64,000 nt of DNA, from NCBI GenBank assembly GCA_965205675.1, contig OZ242186.1, forward strand, positions 736,001 through 800,000. The letters are read 5' to 3'. The notes below the pieces were generated by a model. It made no database searches. It worked only from the letters and a program-made list of their open reading frames with translations, and had not been told where the DNA came from. This DNA comes from Nitrosopumilus sp. Its GTDB lineage: Archaea > Thermoproteota > Nitrososphaeria > Nitrososphaerales > Nitrosopumilaceae. Of this stretch, positions 20,742-32,499 are shown piece after piece; the stretch's first letter is position 1; each line of letters starts with the position of its first letter. The translations under genes were made by a program, and so were the position numbers.

Positions 20742-23700
20742 TTGGTTCATGTAAAAAAAGTTGAGATCTTTGGTTTCAAGTCATTTGGATTTAAGAATAC
20801 TACAGTTCAGTTTGAACCTGGACTTGTTTCAATTTCTGGACCAAACGGTTCTGGTAAAAGTAACATCTTGGATGCCATTATTTTTGCAATGGGTGAAAAT
20901 AAGCCAAAAGTTATGAGAGTTGATAAACTCCGATCACTTATTCACGATATTGAAGGAAATAGACGTGGACCAAAAATGGCCCGATCAAGTGTCCACTTTG
21001 ATAATTTGGATAGAAAAATCCCTGTAGATGCTGACATTGTTGAAATTACTAGAGAGATGGATGGAAATGGTGAAAATACATACTATCTAAACAAAAAGAA
21101 AACAAACCGAAGCCATATTCTTGATTTACTTGATATGGCAAATGCTGGTTTAGGGCAATTAAATGCTATACAACAAGGAACCGTTACTCGAATTTCTGAA
21201 TTCACATCTGAGGAAAAACGAAAAACTATTGAGGATTTAATTGGTCTTTCATATTTTGATGATAAAAAAATAGAATCTATAAAACAACTAGATGAAGCAG
21301 ATAGAAGACTGGAAATTGCTCTTGCCAAAATGGGTGAAATCAAAAAAAGAATTGATGAACTTGAAGAAGAAAGAAACCAAAAGCTACGTCATGATATCCT
21401 TGAAAGAGAACTAAATCGGTACAAAGCTATTGATGCGGCCAATAAAATGAAGGATATTTCTGGCAAAAAAGCTATCAAAGAGACTACTTTACACACTTTG
21501 ACTACCAAAGTCACAAAATTTGAAGAAGAGCGGATTTTTCTACGAACAGAAATTGAAACGCTTGAAACTAAAAAATCGAAATTGATGGGGGAAGCTGATG
21601 CTTACAATCAAACAAAATCTGCCTTAGATTCTGAAATTGCTACAGCAATGGAACAATATGAAACTGACAATAGTTTAATCTCTGTATCTCAAAAAAGAAT
21701 TAAAGTAATTTCCACAAGAGTTCCTGAACTTAAGATAGAATTAGACTCTATTAGTAATGCACGAACTGATATTGATACTCAAATTCAAAAAATAAAAGAA
21801 TCTATACAAGAAATAAATGAAAAGAAAAACAACATTGATAGAGAATTAGAGATTGTAGATTCTCAAAGACAAAAAGTATTATCCAAACAATCCGAAGCTG
21901 CCGCTAAAAAGTCTATGATTGATGAAAAAATTAAAACACTTAATGTACAACTAAACGATGCAAAATTAAAATTTTCCAAAGATCAATATGAAAAAAAACA
22001 ATCTTCACAAATTATTGAAACAAATTCTTCAAAATTATCTGATATAGAATCTGCAATTGAAGACCTAAGTAAAGCACAAACTCAACTGGAATCCTTAATG
22101 CAAAATAATAAAGCTACAATCACTGAATTAAAATCTAGAATAAAAAAATACTCTGTGAAAAAATCTCGCATTCTTACTGATTTAGACGAATGGGGACAAA
22201 TTATTGAAAAATCAGATCAACAAGCAACACGTTATGAATCTAAAATTAAAACTGTTAAAGGATTCATGCATGAAGACTATACTGTTGCAAAATTAAAAGA
22301 AGATGCACAAAGACTTGGTATTGAAGGACTAGTATACGAAATGATTTCTTGGGATAAAAAATATGAACGTTCAGTTTTAGCAGCTAGCTCTGATTGGATT
22401 AAAGCAATTGTTGTCAAAGACTTTGCAACACTATTGGGAATAGCCGAAGTTGCAAGGGATAAAAAACTTCCAAAATTAAAAATTATTCCACTTGATGCTA
22501 TTCCAAAGTTCAAATTAACTCTTCCAAAAGAACCTGGAGTTATAGGGGTCTTATCTGATAATGTGAGATGTAATCCTGCATATTCTGCACTCAAAACTTT
22601 TCTGTTTGGTAATATTGTTCTAACTGAGACTAGGGAATCTGCCTATAATCTATCTCAATCTGGCTATAAAGCAGTAACTCTTGGTGGCGAATTCTTTGAA
22701 GTTAAAGGCAGTACTGTCACAATTGATAACAATTCTAAAATTTCAAAACTTACGAAATTAATTTCTCTAAGTAGCGACATTGAAGGTTTGTTCCAATCTA
22801 TTAGTTTAGTCAAAAAAATAATGCTAAATAAAAAACAAGAAATCAAAAAACTAGATAATGCCATTAAATTAAACAACGACAGACTTTCATTATCTGAAAA
22901 ATCTTTGTCCTCTGCCACAGAAAATCACTCTAATTTAAAATCTAGACTTTCATCTGTATTTGTTATAAAAGAACAATTAACAAAAAGGATTTTGGATTTA
23001 ACTGCCAAAAATAATCTCCTTGAATCTCAAATTAGCGCTGATGAATCTCACATTGATTCTATAGATGATCAAATCTCAATTGTTGGACAAACTTATGCAA
23101 GTGGTGAACAAACTAGAATTGCAAGTGAATTACAAAGCATCAATCTTAAAAAAACAGAGATTGAAAAATTACATACTACTATTATGACTGAATATCGTGA
23201 TCAGTCATATCAACTTACAACTATGGAGACACAGGATAATCTGGAAAAATCTCAATCTAGCCGTCTTCATGATGAAGAAAATTCCCTCAAATCTGAACAA
23301 GAAGAATTAGAAATAAAAATTAAAGAGCTAGAATCTCAAAAAGAATCAAAAAATAAAATTCTTGTAGAACTTAGAGAAAAAGAACAAGAACTTATCTCTT
23401 CATCTGGTTCTTCTATTGGTCAATTAAAAGAATATGATGATAAATTAAAAATTGTATCTGAAAAGGATAAAGAACTTACAAAACAGATCAATGCTATTGA
23501 ACGACAATCTGATTCTTTGAGTCGTGACTTGTCTGATTTAATAGAAAAAGAAACTAAATTACGGCAACTATTGTCTGCACTTGGGTTTGATAAAGATGTG
23601 GAGACATTTGATGTTGAGTCTATTGTACATGGTTTAACAACTGAGTTGTTATCTCTTAATGCATTAAATGCCAAAGCTCCTGAAACATACATTGAAGTAT

Positions 23701-24266
23701 CTTATGGCTACCGTTCAATGTCTACTAGAAAGAACTCTCTTGAATCTGAACGAAACTCTATTGTAAAATTCATTGAAGATATTGAAAAAGACAAACGTCA
23801 AACTTTCTTGGATGCCTTTGATAAAGTCGATAAAGAGATTCGCTTAATTTTCAATAAAATGACTGATGGTAATGCTTGGCTAGAATTACAAAATGAAGAT
23901 GATATTTTTAATTCTGGAATCTCTTATTTGATTCAATTCCCAAATAAACCAAAAAGAGAATCTACTTCGATTAGTGGTGGTGAGAAAACATTAGCTGCAA
24001 TTGTATTTGTTTTGGCTTTACAAAAACTAAAACCATCCCCGTTTTACTTGTTTGATGAAGTTGATGCACATCTTGATGCGCCAAACTCTAAAAGACTGGC
24101 AAAAATTTTAGAGGAAAGATCTAAAGAAAGCCAATTCATAATGGTGTCTCTTAAAGATTCTGTTATACAAAAAGCAAAACTGATCTATGGTGTATTTCCA
24201 AAAAACGGCGTATCTAATGTTGTCACTTACAAAGATAAGCGATTGCCTTCTGTGAAAACTTCCTAA
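20742..24266 (+). CDS. smc: chromosome segregation protein Smc
   Basis: GFKSF, GPNGSGKSN, hinge region, ISGGEKT, LFDEVDAHLD. Confidence 0.97.
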   Translation: MVHVKKVEIFGFKSFGFKNTTVQFEPGLVSISGPNGSGKSNILDAIIFAMGENKPKVMRVDKLRSLIHDIEGNRRGPKMARSSVHFDNLDRKIPVDADIVEITREMDGNGENTYYLNKKKTNRSHILDLLDMANAGLGQLNAIQQGTVTRISEFTSEEKRKTIEDLIGLSYFDDKKIESIKQLDEADRRLEIALAKMGEIKKRIDELEEERNQKLRHDILERELNRYKAIDAANKMKDISGKKAIKETTLHTLTTKVTKFEEERIFLRTEIETLETKKSKLMGEADAYNQTKSALDSEIATAMEQYETDNSLISVSQKRIKVISTRVPELKIELDSISNARTDIDTQIQKIKESIQEINEKKNNIDRELEIVDSQRQKVLSKQSEAAAKKSMIDEKIKTLNVQLNDAKLKFSKDQYEKKQSSQIIETNSSKLSDIESAIEDLSKAQTQLESLMQNNKATITELKSRIKKYSVKKSRILTDLDEWGQIIEKSDQQATRYESKIKTVKGFMHEDYTVAKLKEDAQRLGIEGLVYEMISWDKKYERSVLAASSDWIKAIVVKDFATLLGIAEVARDKKLPKLKIIPLDAIPKFKLTLPKEPGVIGVLSDNVRCNPAYSALKTFLFGNIVLTETRESAYNLSQSGYKAVTLGGEFFEVKGSTVTIDNNSKISKLTKLISLSSDIEGLFQSISLVKKIMLNKKQEIKKLDNAIKLNNDRLSLSEKSLSSATENHSNLKSRLSSVFVIKEQLTKRILDLTAKNNLLESQISADESHIDSIDDQISIVGQTYASGEQTRIASELQSINLKKTEIEKLHTTIMTEYRDQSYQLTTMETQDNLEKSQSSRLHDEENSLKSEQEELEIKIKELESQKESKNKILVELREKEQELISSSGSSIGQLKEYDDKLKIVSEKDKELTKQINAIERQSDSLSRDLSDLIEKETKLRQLLSALGFDKDVETFDVESIVHGLTTELLSLNALNAKAPETYIEVSYGYRSMSTRKNSLESERNSIVKFIEDIEKDKRQTFLDAFDKVDKEIRLIFNKMTDGNAWLELQNEDDIFNSGISYLIQFPNKPKRESTSISGGEKTLAAIVFVLALQKLKPSPFYLFDEVDAHLDAPNSKRLAKILEERSKESQFIMVSLKDSVIQKAKLIYGVFPKNGVSNVVTYKDKRLPSVKTS

Positions 24267-25225
24267 TCTAATTCCACATAACATGCAGAATAATGTTCAT
24301 CAATTTGTTCTAATTTTGGCTCTTTCACACATTTGTCAATAACATATGGACATCTTGTTCTAAATCTACATCCTTGGTAAATATCCTCACCTGTTGATTC
24401 TTTTATTCTGATTTTCTTCTCCCTGTGCAAATTATCTGGATCTGGCTCTGAGATTGCATCAATTAACGCCTGAGTATATGGGTGTCTTGGTTTATTTAGC
24501 ACTTGGTTAATTGGGCCCATCTCCACAATCTTCCCCCTATACAAAATTCCTATTCTCTGACCAAAATATTTGGCAGTAGCTAAATCATGTGTAATATAGA
24601 TAAATGAAATATCGTATTTTTTTTGTAGTTTATGCATTAACTCAAGTATTTCTGCTCTAATTGATACATCTAACATTGATACAGGTTCATCTGCAAGAAT
24701 TATTTTTGGTTTTAATGCAAGTGTTCTTGCTAAGACTACTCTTTGTCTCTGTCCTCCTGATAACACATGTGGATATTTATTCATAATTTCTCTAGTTGGT
24801 TCTAGTTTGACTTCTTGTAAAACTTCCATCACTCTTTTGTCTCTGTCTTCTTTATTTCCTATTTTGTGTATTTCTAATGGTTCTGATACAATGTCTTTAA
24901 TTTTCATTCTTGGGTTAATCGAGTCATAAGGATCCTGATGGATCATTTGGCAGTTCATTCTAATTTTTGCTATGTTGTCTTTTTTATTGTCTATCTCTTG
25001 TTCTTCAAAAAATATTTTTCCAGAATCTAATTCAATTGATTTTAAAATCAACTTGGCAATTGTAGATTTTCCAGAACCTGATTCTCCTGCTAAAACAAAC
25101 ACTTCCCCTTTTTTTAATGAAAAAGATACATCATCTGTAGCTCTGACAGTGTTTGATTTTGTTCCAAATATCCCTTTTTTTGTAAAATATTTTTTTAAAT
25201 GTTCTACTTTTAATATCTCATTCAT
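24263..25225 (-). CDS. oligopeptide/dipeptide ABC transporter ATP-binding protein
   Basis: GESGSGKS, LSGGQRQR, DEPVSMLD, HPYTQAL, GCRFRTRCP. Confidence 0.95.
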   Translation of the reverse strand: MNEILKVEHLKKYFTKKGIFGTKSNTVRATDDVSFSLKKGEVFVLAGESGSGKSTIAKLILKSIELDSGKIFFEEQEIDNKKDNIAKIRMNCQMIHQDPYDSINPRMKIKDIVSEPLEIHKIGNKEDRDKRVMEVLQEVKLEPTREIMNKYPHVLSGGQRQRVVLARTLALKPKIILADEPVSMLDVSIRAEILELMHKLQKKYDISFIYITHDLATAKYFGQRIGILYRGKIVEMGPINQVLNKPRHPYTQALIDAISEPDPDNLHREKKIRIKESTGEDIYQGCRFRTRCPYVIDKCVKEPKLEQIDEHYSACYVELD

Positions 25226-25320
25226 TACTTGTTGTTATATCTCAAAGTATATCAAGAAATATCTTTTATGCATAAAATTTGGGATAACGCATTTATGCTA
25301 AATAAAGATCGATCTAATAC

Positions 25321-26343
25321 TTGAACAAAACAATTCAGGGAAATCTAGATTACAAAAAATATGTTGTAGATTCTAAGCTTCAATACTTTAAGACTCATGC
25401 CAGTAAAGTTGAGAAAACATTTGCTGAAGAGATCTTTTCTAGTCTTAATGGGGATTCCAAATCTATTAGTCCTAAATTTTTCTATGATAAAAAAGGCTCT
25501 GATTTGTTTGAAAAGATTTGTGCTCTGCCTGAGTATTATCCTACAAGAACTGAAATTAGTGTTTTAAAAAAATTACAAACTGAACTATCTTCATTTATTG
25601 ACGAATCTTTCCGATTAGTGGAATTAGGTAGTGGTGCATCAGTTAAGACTAGGCTTATTCTTGATATTTTTACAAAATTACAAACTCAAACTGAATATTT
25701 CCCAATAGATATCTCTGAAATTTTGACTGAGAGTTCTGAATTGCTTCTTCAGGATTACGACACTCTTCACATTACTGGTATAATTGATACCTATGAAGGT
25801 GGATTGGAATTTTTAAAAAACTATGATGACAAAAATAATTTTATTATTTTTCTAGGTTCTAGTTTTGGTAATTTTTCTCCTGATGACGGACAAGTATTTC
25901 TAAAAAAAATAAACTCTACAATGAAATCTGGTGATTTATTCCTCATTGGTTTGGATTTGGTAAAAGATTCAAAAATTTTAGAATCTGCATATGATGATGC
26001 TCAAGGTATTACTGCACAATTCAATCTTAATGTTCTTGCTAGAATAAATGATGAACTTGATGCTAATTTTGACTTGAATAATTTTTCACACTATTCATTT
26101 TACAATAAGAAAGATCAAAGAATTGAAATGTATCTAAAATCTTTGGTTAACCAATCTGTAACTATCTCAAAATCTAATTTTTCTTTAGATTTAAAAAAGA
26201 ATGAATTAATTCATACTGAATATTCTCACAAGTACACTCTGAATCAAATCCACACTCTTTTGGGAAAAACAGGCTTTAAAATTAATCATATTTGGTTAGA
26301 TGAGAAAACTCATTTTTCTTTAACACTAGTTTCAAAAAACTAG
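25321..26343 (+). CDS. egtD: L-histidine N-alpha-methyltransferase
   Basis: PKFFYD, LPEYYPTRTE, ELGSG, YDDAQG, HTEYSHKY. Confidence 0.94.
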   Translation: MNKTIQGNLDYKKYVVDSKLQYFKTHASKVEKTFAEEIFSSLNGDSKSISPKFFYDKKGSDLFEKICALPEYYPTRTEISVLKKLQTELSSFIDESFRLVELGSGASVKTRLILDIFTKLQTQTEYFPIDISEILTESSELLLQDYDTLHITGIIDTYEGGLEFLKNYDDKNNFIIFLGSSFGNFSPDDGQVFLKKINSTMKSGDLFLIGLDLVKDSKILESAYDDAQGITAQFNLNVLARINDELDANFDLNNFSHYSFYNKKDQRIEMYLKSLVNQSVTISKSNFSLDLKKNELIHTEYSHKYTLNQIHTLLGKTGFKINHIWLDEKTHFSLTLVSKN

Positions 26344-27650
26344 TTGTTCTCTGCACATCTAAACCCTGCAAATAACCAACGTTCATCTAATCTAAAGAAA
26401 TTTCTATAACTTCCCCTGATTGACATTTTTGGAGTTCCAAAAGAACCCCCTCTCAAAACTTTTTGGTTTGTAAACCATTTGTCATTATATTCATCAAATC
26501 CTGATTTGAAACCTGGATATCCTGTGAATTCTGATGCAGTCCACTCCCATACATCCCCAATCATTTGTTGACATCCTAGATGACTAATTCCATTTGGATA
26601 TGATCCTATCTCTGAGCATCCCCAATGATATGACTCAAGTAAATTACATCTGTCTTGAGTGGGATTTTCGTTTCCCCATGGAAATGTTGTTTTTTCTTGT
26701 CTATCTTCATTCCAACAAGCAGCTTTTTCCCATTCTGCTTCTGTTGGGAGTCTTTTACCTGCCCATTTACAGTATGCATCTGCTTCATAATAACTAACAT
26801 GACACACTGGTTCATTTGGGTTTATTTCTCTAATTCCTAAAAAGTCTCTTACGTGCCATTTATCATCTATTTTTTCCCAATACATTGGAGAATTCCATTT
26901 GTTATTTTTTACTCTCTCCCATCCGTCTGACAGCCAATACTTGTATGTTTCATAACCTCCATCTTCCATGAATTTCATATACTGTTGATTTGTTATGGGA
27001 AATACATCTAATTTGTAATCCTGAAGGTATACTTTATGTTCTGGTGATTCTATGTCGTAACAAAAATCTTTTTTGTTATTTCCTAATGTGTAGAATCCTC
27101 CTTTGATATCTATTGATTTTTTCTCAACATTATTTGGTTTCATAATTTCATTTTTCTTTATTGGTAGGTACTGCTCTGCAAGTAAATGTTGTAAATCATA
27201 CACTAGTAACTCTTGATGCTGGCATTCATGATGAAATCCCATAACTATTAGTTTTTTGATCTCTTCATTCAAAACTTGAGTTTCAATAAACTTTACCACT
27301 CTTTGATTAATCACGTCAAAATATTGCAAGATTTGGTCTGTTGTTGGCCTTGATACAACTCCTCGTAATCTTTTATCTTGTGGCACTCCAAATTGTTGAT
27401 AATACGAGTTAAGATACTCTGAAAATTCTTTAGAATAAAATTCATAATTTTTATCTATTTTGCTCATGATTGCTTCATAAATCCAACTTACATGACCTAT
27501 GTGCCATTTTGGAGGACTCGTAAAAAATGCAGTTTGAACTACAAGATCATCTTTTTCCAAAGTCTTTACCAATTCTAATGTTCTACTCCGTGTTTCCTTA
27601 AATTGCTCTAATAATGAAACCTCTGTTTGTAACTCTGGATTTGATGTCAT
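26340..27650 (-). CDS. egtB: ergothioneine biosynthesis sulfoxide synthase
   Basis: SPPKWHIGH, HHECQHQE, RLPTEAEWE, GDVWEW, GFRC; ATG at 27650 preferred. Confidence 0.93.
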   Translation of the reverse strand: MTSNPELQTEVSLLEQFKETRSRTLELVKTLEKDDLVVQTAFFTSPPKWHIGHVSWIYEAIMSKIDKNYEFYSKEFSEYLNSYYQQFGVPQDKRLRGVVSRPTTDQILQYFDVINQRVVKFIETQVLNEEIKKLIVMGFHHECQHQELLVYDLQHLLAEQYLPIKKNEIMKPNNVEKKSIDIKGGFYTLGNNKKDFCYDIESPEHKVYLQDYKLDVFPITNQQYMKFMEDGGYETYKYWLSDGWERVKNNKWNSPMYWEKIDDKWHVRDFLGIREINPNEPVCHVSYYEADAYCKWAGKRLPTEAEWEKAACWNEDRQEKTTFPWGNENPTQDRCNLLESYHWGCSEIGSYPNGISHLGCQQMIGDVWEWTASEFTGYPGFKSGFDEYNDKWFTNQKVLRGGSFGTPKMSIRGSYRNFFRLDERWLFAGFRCAENN

Positions 27651-27697
27651 AATTGAAAAATTATTTATTTCTATTATTATGTTTGTGGGTATTCTCT

Positions 27698-29140
27698 CTA
27701 GTACCCTCTTGCAAAAATTGGTATGGCTGTACTTTGTTCTTGACAATAGATGCATTTTTGGTTTGTATTCTCACTTTCAAATGGTATGGCTCTAATTTCT
27801 GCACCTGTTTCTTCTTTGATCTTATTTTCACATTCTAGTTTTCCACACCATGGTGATCTGAAGAAACCTCCTTTCTCTATTTTTGATTTAAATTCATTAT
27901 AATCTGAAATTTCTAATGTGTTGTTTTCTGCTTCTCTTTTGGCTTTTTTTAACATCTCTGTTTGAATTTTATCTAGCATGATTGATATTTTATTTATTTC
28001 AGAAAAATTTAAATTAATTTTTTCTTGATTGTATCTTTTTGCAACAATGACACTCTGTTTTTCTATATCTTTTGGACCTATATCTATTCGTAAAGGAACC
28101 CCTTTGAGTTCCCAATCGTTGAATTTGTATCCCAGTGATAATCCTTCCCTGTCATCTACATGTGTTCTAATGTCTTTTGACTCTAACTCTGCCTTTATCT
28201 CCTCTGCTTTGGGCAATATGCTATTTTTTCCTTCATTGTTTTTATAAATTGGAACAATTACTACTTGCATTGGTGCCACTTTAGGTGGTAGCACTAATCC
28301 TTTATCATCGCCATGAGCCATGATCATTGCCCCAATCAATCTCCAGGAAATTCCCCACGAAGTTTGCCATGCAAAATGTTCTACGTTATCTTTATCTGCA
28401 AATTTTACTTCAAACGGTTTAGAAAAATTTTGTCCTAAAAAGTGAGATGTGCCCATTTGTAATGCTTTCCCGTCTGGCATTATTGATTCCATAGTTGTTG
28501 TATATACTGCACCTACGAATTTTTCTTTTTCACTTTTTCTACCTATTGTTACAGGAATTGCTAACTCTTCTTCCACTGTTTTTTTGTAAATATCTAAAAT
28601 CTTCATTACTTCTTCTTCAGCTTCTTCTTTTGTTGCGTGTACTGTGTGTCCTTCTTGCCACAAAAATTCTGATGTTCTAAGAAATGGTTTTGTGGCTTTG
28701 ATTTCTGCTCTTAATGCTGTATTCCAAAAATTAATTTTTAATGGCAAATCTCTCCAGCTTTGAATCCATTTTGAATACAATGTATATGCTAATGTTTCAG
28801 AAGTTGGTCTTAACGCAAGTCTGTCTCCTACTTTATTGGTACCTGAATGTGTTACCCAAAACACTTCTGGATTGAATCCTGCAAAATGTTTTTGTTCTTT
28901 TCCTAATAGTGACTCTGGAATTAATATTGGCAAAAATCCATTCCTGATCCCATTTTTTGAAAACTTTTTGTCAAATGTATTTTTTAATGATTCCCATATG
29001 GAATATCCGTCAGGCCTAAGAACAATCAATCCTTTAACTGGTGCATAGTCTGCAAGCTTTGCTTTTAGCACAACTTGTGTATACCACTCACTAAAATCCT
29101 TATTTTTTGAAACTGTAATTCCCACATCTTCTTTTCCCAA
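27698..29140 (-). CDS. proS: proline--tRNA ligase
   Basis: RPTSET, FLRTSEFLWQEGHT, GTSHFLGQNF, GDDKGL, C-terminal ARGY. Confidence 0.98.
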   Translation of the reverse strand: MGKEDVGITVSKNKDFSEWYTQVVLKAKLADYAPVKGLIVLRPDGYSIWESLKNTFDKKFSKNGIRNGFLPILIPESLLGKEQKHFAGFNPEVFWVTHSGTNKVGDRLALRPTSETLAYTLYSKWIQSWRDLPLKINFWNTALRAEIKATKPFLRTSEFLWQEGHTVHATKEEAEEEVMKILDIYKKTVEEELAIPVTIGRKSEKEKFVGAVYTTTMESIMPDGKALQMGTSHFLGQNFSKPFEVKFADKDNVEHFAWQTSWGISWRLIGAMIMAHGDDKGLVLPPKVAPMQVVIVPIYKNNEGKNSILPKAEEIKAELESKDIRTHVDDREGLSLGYKFNDWELKGVPLRIDIGPKDIEKQSVIVAKRYNQEKINLNFSEINKISIMLDKIQTEMLKKAKREAENNTLEISDYNEFKSKIEKGGFFRSPWCGKLECENKIKEETGAEIRAIPFESENTNQKCIYCQEQSTAIPIFARGY

Positions 29141-29354
29141 ACTAGAATTTATTGAATTAATTTAATTAATGAGCCTTTCGTGAGCAGTTATCATCATATT
29201 TATTTATCAAAAATCCCAAAATTTGTGCTACTACATTTAATTTTAATTGTATTTTCTAACAAAATTTCATGATCCATGGTTCTAATTTGTTTTATCAAAC
29301 ATCATGTAGATCAAAACATTGTACATCAAACCATGAATAATCAGAAATTAATTC

Positions 29355-29470
29355 GTAGTGTGGTGCTGTCTGGTTACCTGAAGCGAAGGTGAATCAAACC
29401 CTGAAATCATTATTTGAATATAACTCCAACTGAGAAGACTCGTTATGTGATGAACCTTTTCATCCGAATT
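29355..29470 (+). ncRNA. possible box C/D guide sRNA(s)
   Basis: Locally GC-richer intergenic stretch with CTGA boxes near 29378, 29401 and 29430, GTGATGA near 29447 and a terminal CCGA. Confidence 0.3.
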
Positions 29471-29474
29471 TGAA

Positions 29475-29765
29475 TTATTTTAGCTTGTCGCCTTTGCAGA
29501 GCACTTTGCCCATTACCCTGCTTTGGAAATTTGTACACACAAAACATTGTATGAAATGAACATCTTCTTTTAAGACTGGACATTCTACAAATTCCTGTTT
29601 CATTCTTTTGAGCATTTTTGGACTGACTCCTTTTAGTTTGAGTTTTCCTTTTTCATCCATCATTCCTGATGCTTTTAGTTCTGTCTTGATATCGTCTGGG
29701 AGTTTTTGTCTGCCTTCTCTTTCTTTGATTTCTACTTCGAATTTATGTTCTAATTCATCAGCCAT
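29475..29765 (-). CDS. conserved hypothetical protein, Cys-rich C-terminus
   Basis: 96 aa ORF with CP, CFVC and C. Confidence 0.8.
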   Translation of the reverse strand: MADELEHKFEVEIKEREGRQKLPDDIKTELKASGMMDEKGKLKLKGVSPKMLKRMKQEFVECPVLKEDVHFIQCFVCTNFQSRVMGKVLCKGDKLK

Positions 29766-29866
29766 ATCTATTAGAGCATATTCGGTGATTTATTACTAGC
29801 GTTTTTTTTGATCTAAAAAAATTTAAACTTTAATACTATTGATGATTCCGATATTAAATACCATAA

Positions 29867-30085
29867 TTAATTGAGACTTGGGCATAACTAATTCTAATTT
29901 TTGAGTCAATTCTCAAATTATTCAAATAGAAAAAGCTAAGGATCTTATCATGTTTTGTTCATTGGAATGTCAAAACAAATGAAAATTCCTAACAAGATTC
30001 TGTCGGAATCATTTCTTATTGGTGTGTTATATTTGGTGGGAGTGTTGTCTTTGTATGAGGAAGTATTCAGATCTGGTAGACCATA
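29867..30085 (+). mobile_element. 5' fragment of an IS5/IS982-like element (second copy begins at 57207)
   Basis: Shares TTAATTGA.AC.TGGGCATAACTAATTCTAATTTTTGAGTC... and the ORF start KIPN...ESFLIGVL with 57207-57420; truncated at an IS630 end. Confidence 0.75.
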
Positions 30086-32499
30086 TGCCCCAGATCATAA
30101 GTCTTTTAATTTATTGTTCTTGCAAAATACTGATACATATTCAAATTAAATTTGTGGGTTCTAAAATACTCCATAACTGTATGCCTCATTTCATGAATAG
30201 ATTCATAAAATTCTGATTCAACATCAGTAGATGGGAAAGTAACTCAATTTAGATCAAAAACTATCAATAATTCAATCAATCTATTCAGATAGAAAAAGCT
30301 TGATGGAAGTATGTCACTCCATCAAATATGCATTGTACTTCATTTGATACCATGACACACCAAGGCGTGATACTATCTAAAGCATTTGAGATTATCACTA
30401 AAATAATGTACAATATCTTATTGTTTCCATGCTCTAGTAAAAATAACTCACGGTTCCACAATGCAGATGCACATAATTCTATCATGTCATTGTGTTTGGG
30501 AAATTCGTATGCCGAATCTGGATTAAAGAGACTGGCAATGGAATCAGATAATGCTTCTCCAACTGGTTTCATGGTTGAGAAAAATCATATCAAAAATATC
30601 ACAAAAAACAATGCAAATTCAATTACATCAGTCACTAGATAGTACAGTATCAAAATTACGAGAACTGGGAGTATTGGAACAACCAGTTACTGTAGCAATT
30701 GACAAACATCTAATCCCAAGATATGACAAATTGCCAAACCATTCTTTAATAAAATCAAAATCAAAAAACAGTACTACTCATTTTGAGAGTTACTGCACCA
30801 TGCAGTGCGTTGAAAAAAGAATCAGGGCTCAATTAGGTTGTTATCCTTTGTATGACAACAAATCAAATGCCGATTTTGTGCGTAAATTACTCTCTGATGG
30901 CATCAATAATGGAATCAAGATTAAACTATTGCTAGTGGATAGGGAGTTTTTCACAGCTGGAACAATTTCAGAAATAAAACAAAAGAATCTGAAATTTCTA
31001 ATGCCTGCAAAAAAGAATTCTCGAATCAAAGATGCAATTGTACAATACGTTAATGGAGATAGAAAGTCAATCTCGCCATACACAATAAAATCATCATCAG
31101 GACATGTAGAATCATTTACTCTAGTTATTCTACCAAACAAAAATGCAAGAAAAAAATCAGATATTATTGATCAGTATGTTGTGTTTGCAACAAATATTTC
31201 ACCAAAAGAAATATCATATAACATACAAAACATTCCAACTGATTACAAGAAACGTTGGGGGATTGAAACAGGCTATGCATGTGTGGGAAGGTTCAGACCA
31301 AAAACCACCAGTTCAAACCAATCCATAAGATTGTTGTATTTTTACTATTCATTGATTTTGTACAATGCATGGATAATTGCTAATTTGATTATCTCAGAAG
31401 AAACTAATGTACAAAATCACAAACCAATAATATCAATTGAAATTCTCAAATATTTCTTTGTAAAGATAATTATTCATTATTTTAGAAATAACAAAAATAA
31501 TTATTTCCTAGAATGTGTAACTTGAGTTACTTTCCCATCTACTGAACATTAACATGTTTGCACTGTCTCCAAATCTCTTCAATCATACTCAAATGCGGGG
31601 AGCCTCTTGGAAGATATGCCAGTTTGACATCTTCGTTTTTACGCAGATATTCTTTTACATCATTAGCTTTGTGTTGTGGTGCTCTATCGACGATAACAAA
31701 TATTTTTCCGAATTTTTTACGAGCTGCTTGCAAATAATCTATAAATTCAACTGAGTTAAATTTTTCATACGATCTAAAAAAACTTTGATTGCCATCATTT
31801 CCATAAACCAAAAATCTTTGATGTGATCCTCTCCAACGTACAATCATTCGTTGGTGTACATCTGTCCAGTATTTTTTACCAAGACGTACATCGTCGACAA
31901 ATACTGATTCGTCTTGGATAAATACTGTAAAACCTTTCTTTTTTGCCTTTTCTATGCGTGAAATGATGCGGTTTTTCCACTTGCGGCACACATCCTTGGA
32001 TGCGGCACGTACATGTAGTTTTTGTGGAACCTTTGGTTTTAGATTCCATTTGTGCATCAAACGACGCACATGAGTGATATGATATGTAATGCGTGTTCTG
32101 TAAAATATGAATTGTATCAGTTTTTTTGGAGTCATTCCATCTGAAATTTTCTTAAATGTACGCTCTATTTTTTGTAATTTTTTGTGTGAAATTAATGGCG
32201 GACGACCAGAACGAGGTAGGTCCTCCAGGCCCTCTAGTCCGTATTTTTCAAATGAATCAAGCCAATTCCTTACAGAATTGTAGGTACAAAACATTTGGTT
32301 GGCAGTTTCAGCAATTGTGGATTCGTTGATCTTAATTATACACATTGCATGCAGTCTTTCCTTTTTCTTACCGTACTTTTCTTTTTTGTAGGCCTGGAGT
32401 AACTCGTCATTTGTGATGTCCATGAAATTATTTCTAACTACTGATCAAAAAGTATTGCTATTTGTTTTGAAAAATTGCAAAGAATTATGCTCCGAGGTA
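30086..32499 (-). mobile_element. third IS630-family element, interrupted by ISH3
   Basis: TA flanks (30084-30085 and 32500-32501); imperfect TIRs TGCCCCAGATCATAAGTCTT and TACCTCGGAGCATAATTCTT; single-frame transposase 32423-31545 (QDES, DRAPQH, SPHLSMIE) whose C-terminus ESEFYES...ARTIN resumes below 30220. Confidence 0.9.
30225..31544 (+). mobile_element. ISH3-family (IS4 superfamily) element
   Basis: Perfect 23-bp TIR CAGTAGATGGGAAAGTAACTCAA; 5-bp TSD AACAT; transposase VAIDKH, VDREFF, YKKRWGIETGY; frameshift near 30565 between ORFs 30328-30642 and 30551-31525. Confidence 0.93.

Noticed and set aside
20742-24266. Smc as part of a Wadjet/Lamassu-type system
   Set aside because: Canonical full-length hinge-containing Smc in a housekeeping context
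25321-27650. egtD/egtB as a novel pathway
   Set aside because: Ergothioneine genes are already known in this archaeal group; only the convergent layout is notable
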